The notes under the pieces are model-generated. The model searched no databases. It saw nothing but the letters and a program-made list of their open reading frames with translations, and was not told the DNA's origin. Source: Bacteroidales bacterium (GTDB taxonomy: Bacteria; Bacteroidota; Bacteroidia; Bacteroidales; UBA932). Taken from it: a stretch of DNA of 64,000 bases. The stretch spans positions 48,975 through 112,974 of the forward strand of contig JAZRZH010000052.1 in NCBI GenBank assembly GCA_045601245.1, written 5' to 3'. The translations under genes and the position numbers were made by a program. The first letter of the stretch is position 1; each line of letters opens with the position of its first letter. This document shows positions 37,178-46,569 of this stretch, one piece after another.

Positions 37178-38429
37178 TTCTTTTTTTTCTATTTAATATC
37201 AAGGCCGCTAGGCCCGTATACACTATCATAAAATTAAAACTCTTCGGCAGTGCTAGCACTATTGACTCAAAGAAGAGTGTCAGGATGCCTGCTCTGATAA
37301 TATACGTGTAATACTTTCGTATCTTATCATCTTCACCATTCAGCCTTTTTCCGACATTTTTTGCCGGGAAAAAGAAAAGCATAAGATATAAAACGGTTCC
37401 AATATAGCCCATCTCACCTATAATCGAAGCCCAGTGAGCATCCATCTTGAAACTGAAATCGGTATCATCACCAAGTCCCCATATCTTGTCCAGCTCGTAG
37501 TCAGAATATATACGGCTGCCGACCAAATTAACCGGCACACTGCCATATGTCCCCTGCCCGGAACCGAACGGGAAGAAGTCATTGGCTATCTCAAAACCGC
37601 GATAATACAAGGCAGGTCTTGCGATTTTTGCATACGAATCTTCCATCTGGGCGCTATTGAAATAGTTTTCAAATTTAAGCATGAACATCGCCGACACTGA
37701 CAATACCGCAACAATTCCAGCCAGTCCGGCGGTAATAATGAAAATTTTGACCGGCCGGCGTATCCGTGTCAGGTAAAAAATAAAGATTGTCACAACCAAC
37801 ATCATTCCGACAATCGCCTTCATCTGGTTTGTCAGAATTACTACAACTGCCAGATAGCCAGCCACAATCAGGAACAGACTCTTCGAAGTTCTGAAATATT
37901 CCGCCAGAGACAAGACAATGGCCTGATTGCACATAGAGGAAAAACTGCCCAACACTATTATCCCGGAAGACAGGATGCCATCCTGGAACAGGTTATTGGC
38001 CGTATGGAATACAAACGAGTCCGCAATGACAATGAGAGAAACGAAAAGCACCAGCGCTATCACAAGCCTGATGTACATATAAATCTCATCATCTTCCATA
38101 CGGAGGTTGTAGTACATTACAAACATCAGGAAAGGCATAAATGTGATAACACCGCCTATCACACAATATATGAATGGTGGAGAATACTTGGAAATAATAG
38201 CATTGACAATCATCATCCCCATGATTATCAGTGCCACAATGGCATATTTACGAGGGATAAAGAACTTGCGGTTATAAACTGCATAAAACACGATGACAGC
38301 ACATACCAGAGCATACAGAGGATAGTCAAACGACGGCAGTCCAAGAACAGATTCATCCACAAGGCCTGCAAAGCCGAGCAGGATCGACAGAACTGTCACA
38401 AGGATATTGAAAAACGACCTAGTCTTCAT
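37092..38429 (-). CDS. wzy: O-antigen polymerase/ligase-family polytopic membrane protein (Wzy-like)
   Basis: 445 aa with about 10-12 hydrophobic segments and one large loop, AT-rich codon usage, and a position between the acyltransferase and radical SAM genes. Its 3' end overlaps the radical SAM gene by 86 nt. Confidence 0.55.
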   Translation of the reverse strand: MKTRSFFNILVTVLSILLGFAGLVDESVLGLPSFDYPLYALVCAVIVFYAVYNRKFFIPRKYAIVALIIMGMMIVNAIISKYSPPFIYCVIGGVITFMPFLMFVMYYNLRMEDDEIYMYIRLVIALVLFVSLIVIADSFVFHTANNLFQDGILSSGIIVLGSFSSMCNQAIVLSLAEYFRTSKSLFLIVAGYLAVVVILTNQMKAIVGMMLVVTIFIFYLTRIRRPVKIFIITAGLAGIVAVLSVSAMFMLKFENYFNSAQMEDSYAKIARPALYYRGFEIANDFFPFGSGQGTYGSVPVNLVGSRIYSDYELDKIWGLGDDTDFSFKMDAHWASIIGEMGYIGTVLYLMLFFFPAKNVGKRLNGEDDKIRKYYTYIIRAGILTLFFESIVLALPKSFNFMIVYTGLAALILNRKKRNGRINNSYLQVSDALQDVQHLGQPDKTI

Positions 38430-38473
38430 CTGTATCAGAAATTGATCGCGACATTCGCTGACTACTTATCTTA

Positions 38474-38481
38474 CAAAGATA
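38474..38481 (-). promoter_or_regulatory. Candidate internal -7 promoter box TATCTTTG upstream of wzy
   Basis: Plus strand reads CAAAGATA. It lies 45 nt upstream of the ATG at 38429. Confidence 0.35.
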
Positions 38482-38501
38482 TGAATTAATATTCAATTCA
38501 G

Positions 38502-39524
38502 TTATGCGGCATTGCCATTAGCCGGAGATTTTCTGCCATACCCAAAAAGAAATCTTAAAACAGGACATCCGGTAATGACGAACCTGTCGATGAGAAGAGG
38601 CAACAGCACCCCTGTGGCAACAACACAAAACGCACAGACGGCGAATCCGGAATTTCCCGAAAAAGAAAGATGCATATGATTCATTGCCGATTTCGTGAAA
38701 CCCATGAAGGTGGTATGCAGCAAATAAATGACATAACTTGACTCGCCTAATACCTGAACTGCACGTCCAAAGCCCTTACACTTCGAACGATCGAGCAAAC
38801 TGCTCAATGAAATAACTGCAGCAATGCCGAAATATGGAAGAAGGAATTCGGCAGTCCTGTCACCTCCACGAATGAAGAAAATTGCAGAGAACGCAAAAAA
38901 AACAATAATGGTGGAGAATCTGGCACAATCGGTATTGAGGAACCGGTTTATGTTTGCTGGGATATTAGCGGAAACGCAGCCGAACACAAACCACATCATC
39001 ATTTTTTTGGTCTCGTTCAAAGCGAAAACTTTCGTGAATTCGAAGCCGAAATCCGCATAATGCAATACAATAGCAAGCAAAAGAAGAACAAATATGGCCC
39101 GCTGTCCCTTAAAAGCCGGCACTATGACAAACATAGTCATCAAGGACCAGATGAACCACAAAAAATAACCGGCAGATGGCAGATAGAACATCGTCAGATA
39201 TGACGATGGAGTCACAGGATTCTCAAGGGACGGATCTCCTCCCATAATCAACTTCAGTGATATTATCACCGTCGATACAAAAAAATAGGGTACGAGCAGT
39301 CGTTTCGACTTGGCCAGAATAAAATCAAAATATCCCGACTCCTTGCCAAAACGCTTATATACATACCCAGAAAGAAACATAAAGAGAGGCATATGAAACA
39401 AATAGATCCACTGTCTCATCAAGACATACCATTCCGGAGCCCCATCGGGAAAATAATGCCCTGTTACGACCAGAACAATGCACAATCCCTTTGCAATGTC
39501 AATTATCCGATTACGTTCCCCCAT
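38502..39524 (-). CDS. Acyltransferase-3 family membrane O-acyltransferase
   Basis: 340 aa. The N-terminal NRIIDIAKGLCIVLVVTGH is typical of acyltransferase_3, with about 10 TM segments. Confidence 0.7.
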   Translation of the reverse strand: MGERNRIIDIAKGLCIVLVVTGHYFPDGAPEWYVLMRQWIYLFHMPLFMFLSGYVYKRFGKESGYFDFILAKSKRLLVPYFFVSTVIISLKLIMGGDPSLENPVTPSSYLTMFYLPSAGYFLWFIWSLMTMFVIVPAFKGQRAIFVLLLLAIVLHYADFGFEFTKVFALNETKKMMMWFVFGCVSANIPANINRFLNTDCARFSTIIVFFAFSAIFFIRGGDRTAEFLLPYFGIAAVISLSSLLDRSKCKGFGRAVQVLGESSYVIYLLHTTFMGFTKSAMNHMHLSFSGNSGFAVCAFCVVATGVLLPLLIDRFVITGCPVLRFLFGYGRKSPANGNAA

Positions 39525-39553
39525 CCTGTGTCTTTGAAATTGTATCAGTACTC

Positions 39554-41092
39554 TTATTGACGATTGAAGAACTTACCTATTAGCGGTATGCCCTTCAGAA
39601 TTCCACGCTCAGACTTGTCAAGTACCAGCCCCACCCCGACAAGGATTGTCAGAGTAACAGCAACGGCTGAAGATATCAGGAACCCCGTAACCCCCGGGCC
39701 AAGAAGTTTTGAAATAATGATCGGTAACGGCACAACAAGCACAAATAGCATCGAAATGGGGATGGCCACCTTTCTGAAGTATTCCTTCAAATCCAAATCG
39801 ATCAGATAATGCATATATAGCGTACGTGCTATTGCGCATATTGCATTCAAGGCAGCCCAGATATAGAGCGCGACCTCTCCAGAACATCCGCTTTTAAGCG
39901 CAATATACATAGCAGGGATTGCAATCACCTTGATCGATGCAATCATTATCTGATGGGCCCTGATCTTTCCAGTGGCGTGTACCGCCTGCCATAATGGCTC
40001 CTGAAAACAATCAAAGAGGAAGTATGCAATCACAGCAATGACATATTCAGGAGTGAACTGCGGGTAATCATCAAGCCATAATTCAAGAATAAAACCCACG
40101 TTCGCAACTATCGGCACCGATATCAGAAGGTACAGTATGAATGAAATCTTCGATGTCGAGAACAGGAGACGGTTGAAAAACTCAGTATTCCCGGCCGCGT
40201 ATGACTTCACTATCTGAGGCTTATATGACTGCGAAAAATTGGCTATAAACATCGCGATGCCAGCACTGACCTGATTCGCAAATCCCAGCGACGCATTTGC
40301 GACCGAGCCGAGGATATTGAAGAAAAAAATGCTGATGCACTGTTGGGCGGCGATTACTACCCCGTTGACAAGAAGACTCCAACCGGAGTACGACGTAAAC
40401 TGCAGGAGGAGACCGCCGTCCCAATACTTCAAGTACTTCGTATCATCAAATTTTCTTGAACTGTACAATGCATAGCAGACAAGCATCACAAGCGATACCA
40501 GAAACAGCAGGAATGCATAGGCAATAAGTTTGTCCACAGGACTGAAAGCCAGAAGAAACACTATGCCAAGCTTGAGAACGGCATCGAGAACACTCAGGAA
40601 TGCATAGTAGTCCATCTTCTCGTGAGCCACGATATTCGAATGGAACGGTGTCTGCACCACACTTAAACAGAATGTCAGCAGGGAGAACTGGAACACCCAG
40701 TTGGCAGCCGTCAGCCTCTCCGGTGAAATATTCAACTGATGGTTGACAAACCATACACCACCGATTTCCATTACAACCCACAGCCCGGCAGCGAGGATAA
40801 TATGGCAATTAACCGCCATTGAAAACACCTGTCTCAGTTTTTCGACGTTGCCGGTACCCAGTTCATATGTAAGATATCTGGAAGTGGCATTTGTCAGGGC
40901 CGCCTTCAATGAACCCAGGAACACCACGACACTGCCGACGACATTATATATCCCAAAATCCTCTACGCCAAGAGCTTTTAGAACAGCTCTGGACGTATAT
41001 AGCGTCACAAGCAGAACAATTACCATCCTGACGAACAGCAGGACGGTATTTCGTGCGAGCCTTCTTGCATCATCCTGATTGTTATCTGCCAT
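39554..41092 (-). CDS. wzx: Oligosaccharide flippase (Wzx, MOP superfamily)
   Basis: 512 aa with about 12-14 TM segments. N-terminal RRLARNTVLLFVRMVIVLLVTLYTSRAVLKALGVEDFGIYNVV is typical of polysaccharide-biosynthesis flippases. Confidence 0.7.
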   Translation of the reverse strand: MADNNQDDARRLARNTVLLFVRMVIVLLVTLYTSRAVLKALGVEDFGIYNVVGSVVVFLGSLKAALTNATSRYLTYELGTGNVEKLRQVFSMAVNCHIILAAGLWVVMEIGGVWFVNHQLNISPERLTAANWVFQFSLLTFCLSVVQTPFHSNIVAHEKMDYYAFLSVLDAVLKLGIVFLLAFSPVDKLIAYAFLLFLVSLVMLVCYALYSSRKFDDTKYLKYWDGGLLLQFTSYSGWSLLVNGVVIAAQQCISIFFFNILGSVANASLGFANQVSAGIAMFIANFSQSYKPQIVKSYAAGNTEFFNRLLFSTSKISFILYLLISVPIVANVGFILELWLDDYPQFTPEYVIAVIAYFLFDCFQEPLWQAVHATGKIRAHQIMIASIKVIAIPAMYIALKSGCSGEVALYIWAALNAICAIARTLYMHYLIDLDLKEYFRKVAIPISMLFVLVVPLPIIISKLLGPGVTGFLISSAVAVTLTILVGVGLVLDKSERGILKGIPLIGKFFNRQ

Positions 41093-42308
41093 TTCTTCCT
41101 ATATACGAATCAATAATTTCATTATAGAACGTCATGACTTCCCTGATGTATATGTCATCTGTAAAATGCTTCAGGAAAAAGTCATACGCATTGCCGGACA
41201 TTTCCGCTTTCATCTCCGGAGTCAGGCTCAGCGACCTGTCGATGGCTTCAAGCAGGGAATTCCCGTTGCCGGATTCAAAGAGAAATCCGGTTTCACCGTC
41301 ACGTACGATTTCAGTTATTCCACCAATGGACGCTGCGATGACCGGACGTCCGAATGAATATGGTTCAACTATTGTCATACCAAGCGTTTCATACCATTCT
41401 GACGGAACCACGACGAATGACGCACCTCTAACCACCGAATACAGGTCCTCCCCTGTTTTGAAACCGAGAAATTCGACATTGTCAAGTCCGAGTGAAGCCA
41501 CGCGGGACCGCAGTTCTTCTTCCATAGGTCCGGTACCTACGATTTTAAACTTCACAGACGGTCGGAGCGCCGCGACGGAAATCAGAGTTGAAACACCCTT
41601 TTCGTGCGACAGTCTTCCGTAATACAGATAATATCCGCCATCCTCGACAACAGTCCTGCCTGACAGTGGGAACGAATTGTATATCACCCTGCCAGGTCTG
41701 TCCATGAATGATGGCTGAAGCTCGAAATGCTTGTCCCTGCTGAATTTGCTGACAAAGATGAATCCATCAATATTCTTCACAGGATTGAACCAGGTGTTCC
41801 TGAAGTACATTTCCGCTGCCATCATCAAACTCTTGACCAAAGAACCCTTTGAACACCGGTTCATGACACAATTGAAATATTTTCCGCCCCTGCATTTTTC
41901 GCATATTCGACCTGACCCATCTCTGAATGTATAAGCAGGACATATCATCCTGTAATCGTGGACCGTATGCACCAGAGGAATCCCATGCTTGCGCAATGGC
42001 TTGAAAACAGATGGTGACATACCGCCCCATATCAGATGGACATGAGCAATATCCGGTTTCTCCGCCTTGATGAACTCATCGAGCGCCCTGCTGACCTTCC
42101 TGTTATAAAAATAGCCAGTGACACCTGACAGGCTGTGCGGCCTGCCAACGAATGAATGAGGCTGACTACACGTTATATTCTGAGGATCATCAAAGGCAAA
42201 CCATACAACCTCGTGTCCATTTTCAGAAAGGAGCCGACCTGTATTGAAATAGACGGTTTCCGAACCACCCTTGCGATAATGAAAATTATTTATTAAAAGT
42301 ACCTTCAT
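41082..42308 (-). CDS. Glycosyltransferase family 4
   Basis: The ATG at 42308 (MKVLLINNFHYRKGGSE) is preferred over the track start 42374, which overlaps licD. GT-B features include the C-terminal VVPSEWYETLGMTIVEPYSFGRPVIAASIGG. Confidence 0.75.
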   Translation of the reverse strand: MKVLLINNFHYRKGGSETVYFNTGRLLSENGHEVVWFAFDDPQNITCSQPHSFVGRPHSLSGVTGYFYNRKVSRALDEFIKAEKPDIAHVHLIWGGMSPSVFKPLRKHGIPLVHTVHDYRMICPAYTFRDGSGRICEKCRGGKYFNCVMNRCSKGSLVKSLMMAAEMYFRNTWFNPVKNIDGFIFVSKFSRDKHFELQPSFMDRPGRVIYNSFPLSGRTVVEDGGYYLYYGRLSHEKGVSTLISVAALRPSVKFKIVGTGPMEEELRSRVASLGLDNVEFLGFKTGEDLYSVVRGASFVVVPSEWYETLGMTIVEPYSFGRPVIAASIGGITEIVRDGETGFLFESGNGNSLLEAIDRSLSLTPEMKAEMSGNAYDFFLKHFTDDIYIREVMTFYNEIIDSYIGRNGR

Positions 42309-42327
42309 ATCTGCGTTTTCACCCGAT

Positions 42328-43137
42328 TCACTTATACCAGGCCTTGAATTTGTGATGTGAAACGCGTTTCTCAACAGGAGGCAGCTGCATGTAATCCCCG
42401 AATGCCGCTGTCAGGCATTCGTCGTATCCGGCGAAACACTTGAATGTGCGGTCCTCAAAAGGAATATCGATAATATCATCGAATAGTGATTTGCGGAAAG
42501 GATTGTTCGCGAAAAGTCCGAGTGAGCAATTATACACCATTCCTGAACCGCATCCGTCCCATTTCTTCGCCAATTTATCCATCTTTTCCGCCATAGTGCG
42601 TTTGCTCCACGGCAGAAGCGCAATTTTGACCGGAACCAGAAGGACCGTTTTCCACCACGCCCTGCTTTTGTCGAAGAGTATCCTGTCCTTCATCAGATAA
42701 AGATTGCAGAAAAAGATCCTGCGCCTGTTGTATCTGCGCCATAGCGCCTCATCCGCAGGCACGTCATCTATCGGGAAGATATCTATGTTCACGCCTGTCT
42801 CGACGGCATCCCGACGATTCTCCACCAGAACAGTACGATTATCGAAAAACTTGGCGAACATCCTGTCCCATTTCGGATTGGTTTCGAGCGACCCGACTTC
42901 GTAACGGCCTTCGTATGCCTTCGGGAATCCTTTGAGCAATCGGTCATAATCATCCCTGAGCATATAGATGTCAATGTCATCATCCCACGGAATGAACCCC
43001 TTGTGGCGGACCGCCCCGATAAGGGAGCCGCCGGCAAGGCTGTATATGAGAGCATTTTCCACGCAGTAACGCTGGAAAGCCTCCAATATGTCCATCTGGA
43101 GTTTCTTCAGCTCCTCAGTATCAATATCCTTCGCCAT
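42328..43137 (-). CDS. licD: LicD-family phosphotransferase (transfers phospho-alcohol head groups from CDP-activated donors)
   Basis: 269 aa. GGSLIGAVRHKGFIPWDDDIDIYM is the LicD nucleotidyltransferase-fold motif. Its ATG overlaps the upstream stop as TAATG. Confidence 0.75.
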   Translation of the reverse strand: MAKDIDTEELKKLQMDILEAFQRYCVENALIYSLAGGSLIGAVRHKGFIPWDDDIDIYMLRDDYDRLLKGFPKAYEGRYEVGSLETNPKWDRMFAKFFDNRTVLVENRRDAVETGVNIDIFPIDDVPADEALWRRYNRRRIFFCNLYLMKDRILFDKSRAWWKTVLLVPVKIALLPWSKRTMAEKMDKLAKKWDGCGSGMVYNCSLGLFANNPFRKSLFDDIIDIPFEDRTFKCFAGYDECLTAAFGDYMQLPPVEKRVSHHKFKAWYK

Positions 43138-45320
43138 TATCTGAATTTAAAAGAATTGAATAAAATGTTATTGTTATAATATTCATCACGGACTGTATTA
43201 TAGACTGATATTGATACGCTGTCATCTTCAGGTCCGGCATTGAGCATCATTATCCAGCCGTCACCGCCGTTAGGCATCATCTGGAGATTGAACTCTATGA
43301 CAGGAACAGTGCGTCCGTCACCGGTCCTCATTGCGACAAACTGGGCGAACGGATCCACGTGACCGCAGATAAGGCACAGGATATTATCATAGCAGGAAAC
43401 AAGGATATCCCAAAGCTCCTGTGGAGATGTAGCGGAAATGCCGGTCCCCGCGAAATGGCGGACCGAATATGGATTCTCCCTTAATAGCATTCCGTTGTGT
43501 CCCAGAAACTCGTGGGTGACGAGAATAAACTTCCGGTCGCTATGTTCATCAAGATATTTCCTGGCCCATTGAACGACCTCCGCCCTCGGTGCAAATTCCA
43601 ACATCATCACATCTATACGCTCCCCTGCGAAATAGTTGCGGAATACTGCATTCTCCAAGCGAAGCGGCTCATACTGGGCGACCACGTTCTTTATCGGCAA
43701 AGGAAAATCGAAATAATCCATTATGTAGGAACTGCGCCTGTCATAGATTTTGGAATCCGAGGCCCAGGTATAATCATGATTTCCAGTGCTGGTATAGAAT
43801 GGGATGCAGTCAGAAACAATGTCTGTGCATTTGCGGAAACGACGCCACTGATGCCCCAGATTGGTATTCGCTATATCACCGGTATGAATGATACAGGCAA
43901 TGTTGTTCTCAACCGCTTGCTTTGACTTCAACCATTCGAGCGAATTCACATAATACTCTGCACATCGATCATCCTCCGTATAAACCTGGATATCGCCAAA
44001 AACCGCTATGCAGGTATTGTTTGCCTTGAGGAAATCGTCATCCAGTTCATTTGCCACCGAATGATCAGGCAGACCCGTATCAGACGAGCCGCATGATGTG
44101 AGCGATACAGCAGCAAGCATAAGTGCTACAGCCAATGCCGGCGCATCAATCGAACGTGTGCGGTCCACAAATGACTGGAAGCGCTTCCACGGCCCCATCT
44201 TTTCGAGATGAGTGGCCTCTCCTACTCCTTTGACGAATCTGCTGACGCGTGTATCACGGCCGATCTGGCGTTTCAGGAAAGCCGCCATACCGAATGTCAT
44301 CAGCAATGACGCTCCTATGACGCAGTAAAGCTGAACGCCGACGGATGCGCCGAGTGTCCAGACAAGGACCCAGACTGCGACCACAAAGAGATTCATCACT
44401 ATCTCGGACATTGTCGTACCTATGTGGGAGAAGCCTAGTTCGATGAATATGTGGTGCATATGGTTCTTATCAGGATGAAACGGGGACTTTCCCCTGGAAA
44501 TCCTGTATATCATAACCCTGAGCGTATCAAAGACCGGAACGGCAAGCACCGCGAGTGAGAAAGCGATGACACTGAATCTGCTGGTGATGAGATTCTCATA
44601 ATCCACGCGGTATTTGCAGATCGCTATTACCATCGAAGCGAGAATTGTGCCGACCATCATAGTGCCACCGTCCCCAATGAACATCTTCGTTCCGTGACCG
44701 AATACATTGTGAACAAAGAACGGAATCAGTGCACCGACCGAAACAGCCGCAAGGGCGGCAAATGAATATTCGTGCTCACAGAAAAAAATGACGCCAAACA
44801 ATGTGAAGGCGACAATGCAGAAGCCAGAAACCATTCCGTCCACGCCATCGATCATATTGATGGCATTTATGATGCCGACCATAGCGATAATACTCAGCGG
44901 CACGGAGAATATCGTCGGAAGAAGGCCAATCCCCCAAAGCCCCTGAAAATTGCAAATTGAAAAATGGGTTCCGTAAATGAGCAGCATCATCACAATAACT
45001 TCAACTGCGAGTCTGAGATACGGAGACAGATTCAGAATATCATCTATCGTCCCAAGATACAGCATTACAATCATGGCAGTAAGCACGGCGAAAAGGCTCG
45101 TGAAACTCAGCATCGTCTTGAAGAAGCACAGCCCCACGACTATGCCGAAGAATACGGCGATACCGCCCAGCACCGGCACCGGCACGCGCTGGAGCTTTCG
45201 GGCGTCCGGGTTGTCAACGATGCCCTTCTCCCTGGCAATCTTGAGAATCGGCCAGTAGACGAAATAGGTCACAACGAGCGATATGACGAACAGCAGGAAT
45301 ATTCTATATTTCGGGGCCAT
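43137..45320 (-). CDS. In-frame fusion of a WecA/MraY-family polyprenyl-phosphate HexNAc-1-phosphate transferase and a calcineurin-like metallophosphoesterase, joined by a lipoprotein-signal-like segment
   Basis: 727-aa uninterrupted ORF. N-terminal motifs: GTIDDILNL, NAINMIDGVDG, FIGDGGTMMVG, KNHMHHIF (HIHH-like). From codon 375 (ATG 44198-44196): MGPWKRFQSFVDRTRSIDAPALAVALMLAAVSLTSCGSS (lipobox LTSC). Then IAVFGDIQ, HTGDIAN, GNHDY, LVTHEF, CGHVD. Confidence 0.75.
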   Translation of the reverse strand: MAPKYRIFLLFVISLVVTYFVYWPILKIAREKGIVDNPDARKLQRVPVPVLGGIAVFFGIVVGLCFFKTMLSFTSLFAVLTAMIVMLYLGTIDDILNLSPYLRLAVEVIVMMLLIYGTHFSICNFQGLWGIGLLPTIFSVPLSIIAMVGIINAINMIDGVDGMVSGFCIVAFTLFGVIFFCEHEYSFAALAAVSVGALIPFFVHNVFGHGTKMFIGDGGTMMVGTILASMVIAICKYRVDYENLITSRFSVIAFSLAVLAVPVFDTLRVMIYRISRGKSPFHPDKNHMHHIFIELGFSHIGTTMSEIVMNLFVVAVWVLVWTLGASVGVQLYCVIGASLLMTFGMAAFLKRQIGRDTRVSRFVKGVGEATHLEKMGPWKRFQSFVDRTRSIDAPALAVALMLAAVSLTSCGSSDTGLPDHSVANELDDDFLKANNTCIAVFGDIQVYTEDDRCAEYYVNSLEWLKSKQAVENNIACIIHTGDIANTNLGHQWRRFRKCTDIVSDCIPFYTSTGNHDYTWASDSKIYDRRSSYIMDYFDFPLPIKNVVAQYEPLRLENAVFRNYFAGERIDVMMLEFAPRAEVVQWARKYLDEHSDRKFILVTHEFLGHNGMLLRENPYSVRHFAGTGISATSPQELWDILVSCYDNILCLICGHVDPFAQFVAMRTGDGRTVPVIEFNLQMMPNGGDGWIMMLNAGPEDDSVSISVYNTVRDEYYNNNILFNSFKFR

Positions 45321-45332
45321 ATTGCAGAGTAT

Positions 45333-46469
45333 CTATCGGTTGTTGTACATTTCTTCGTAATACTTCAGATAATCTCCTGATGTCACGTTGTCCATCCATT
45401 CCTGATTGTCAAGATACCACCTGACCGTTTTCTCGATGCCCTCCTCGAACTGCAGGGAAGGCTCCCAGCCAAGCTCGCGCTGGAGTTTTGAAGAGTCTAT
45501 GGCATATCGCAAGTCATGACCGGCACGGTCGGTGACATATGTGATCAGGTCCAAATCGGCGCCTTCAGGTCTGCCGAGAAGCCGGTCGACGGTATTGATG
45601 AGGACCTTGATGATATCGATGTTCTTCCATTCGTTGAACCCGCCGATATTGTATGTCTCGGCTACCTTGCCATTGTGGAAGATGGTATCGATGGCGCGTG
45701 CGTGATCCTCGACGAAGAGCCAGTCTCGGACATTCTCGCCCTTCCCGTAGACGGGAAGCGGCTTACGATTGCGGATATTATTAATAAACAGAGGGATAAG
45801 CTTCTCCGGAAATTGATATGGGCCATAGTTGTTAGAGCAGTTGGTCACTATGGTCGGCATCCCGTAGGTATCGTGGAATGCTCTGACAAAATGGTCACTG
45901 CCGGCCTTGGCGGCGCTGTAAGGGCTGTGCGGCTGATATTTGAGGTCCTCGGTAAAGAATTTCTCACCGTATGCCAGATGATGCTTACCGCTCGATGCCT
46001 TGGTGGTGAACGGCGGTTCTATGCCAGCCGGATGGGTCATCTCAAGCGCACCGTACACCTCGTCCGTACTGATATGGTAGAAGAGCTTGCCGTCCCATTT
46101 TTCCGGAAGGCTCTCCCAATAGAGTTTCGCTGCCTGAAGAATCGAAAGCGTACCCATCACATTCGTCTTCGCAAAAGTGAAAGGATCCTTTATGCTGCGG
46201 TCCACGTGGCTTTCAGCGGCGAGATGGATGACACCGTCCACATTCCTGCCGCACATCAGTGCATAGATCGTATCGAAATCGCATATATCGGCTTTTACGA
46301 AGGAATAATTCGGTCTGTCCTCGATATCCCTGAGGTTGGCCAGGTTGCCGGCATATGTCAGTTTGTCGACATTGATGATGTCGTATTCCGGATATTTGTT
46401 GACGAACAGCCTTACTACGTGGGAGCCGATGAATCCCGCCCCACCGGTGATAATGATAGTGCGCTTCAT
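45333..46469 (-). CDS. rfbB: dTDP-glucose 4,6-dehydratase
   Basis: The ORF-track start 46484 is a TTG. The ATG at 46469 gives MKRTIIITGGAGFIGSH. Also STDEVYG and YSAAKAGSD (YxxxK). Confidence 0.88.
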   Translation of the reverse strand: MKRTIIITGGAGFIGSHVVRLFVNKYPEYDIINVDKLTYAGNLANLRDIEDRPNYSFVKADICDFDTIYALMCGRNVDGVIHLAAESHVDRSIKDPFTFAKTNVMGTLSILQAAKLYWESLPEKWDGKLFYHISTDEVYGALEMTHPAGIEPPFTTKASSGKHHLAYGEKFFTEDLKYQPHSPYSAAKAGSDHFVRAFHDTYGMPTIVTNCSNNYGPYQFPEKLIPLFINNIRNRKPLPVYGKGENVRDWLFVEDHARAIDTIFHNGKVAETYNIGGFNEWKNIDIIKVLINTVDRLLGRPEGADLDLITYVTDRAGHDLRYAIDSSKLQRELGWEPSLQFEEGIEKTVRWYLDNQEWMDNVTSGDYLKYYEEMYNNR

Positions 46470-46534
46470 ATAGTCAGTGTACAACTATTGCATATTATAT
46501 TATTTTACAAATATAACAATAGTTTACTGACTAT
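46470..46534. repeat. Imperfect inverted repeat (9 + 8 bp arms) directly abutting the rfbB start codon and enclosing a candidate -7 box
   Basis: ATAGTCAGT(gtac)AACTATTG at 46470-46490 pairs with CAATAGTT(t)ACTGACTAT at 46517-46534. The 26-nt AT-rich loop contains CAAATATA. Confidence 0.5.
46508..46515 (-). promoter_or_regulatory. Candidate -7 promoter box TATATTTG for rfbB
   Basis: Plus strand reads CAAATATA. It lies 38 nt upstream of the ATG at 46469, inside the loop of the inverted repeat. Confidence 0.4.
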
Positions 46535-46569
46535 CAAAAAGTAAGTGGACGGCCCTGACGGGCGGCGGC

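Noticed and set aside
46470-46534. The inverted repeat around the rfbB promoter, considered as a Bacteroides-style invertible (phase-variable) promoter.
   Set aside because: The segment between the arms is only 26 nt, far too small for site-specific inversion. No invertase or recombinase gene is present in the window. It is kept only as a possible hairpin or operator.
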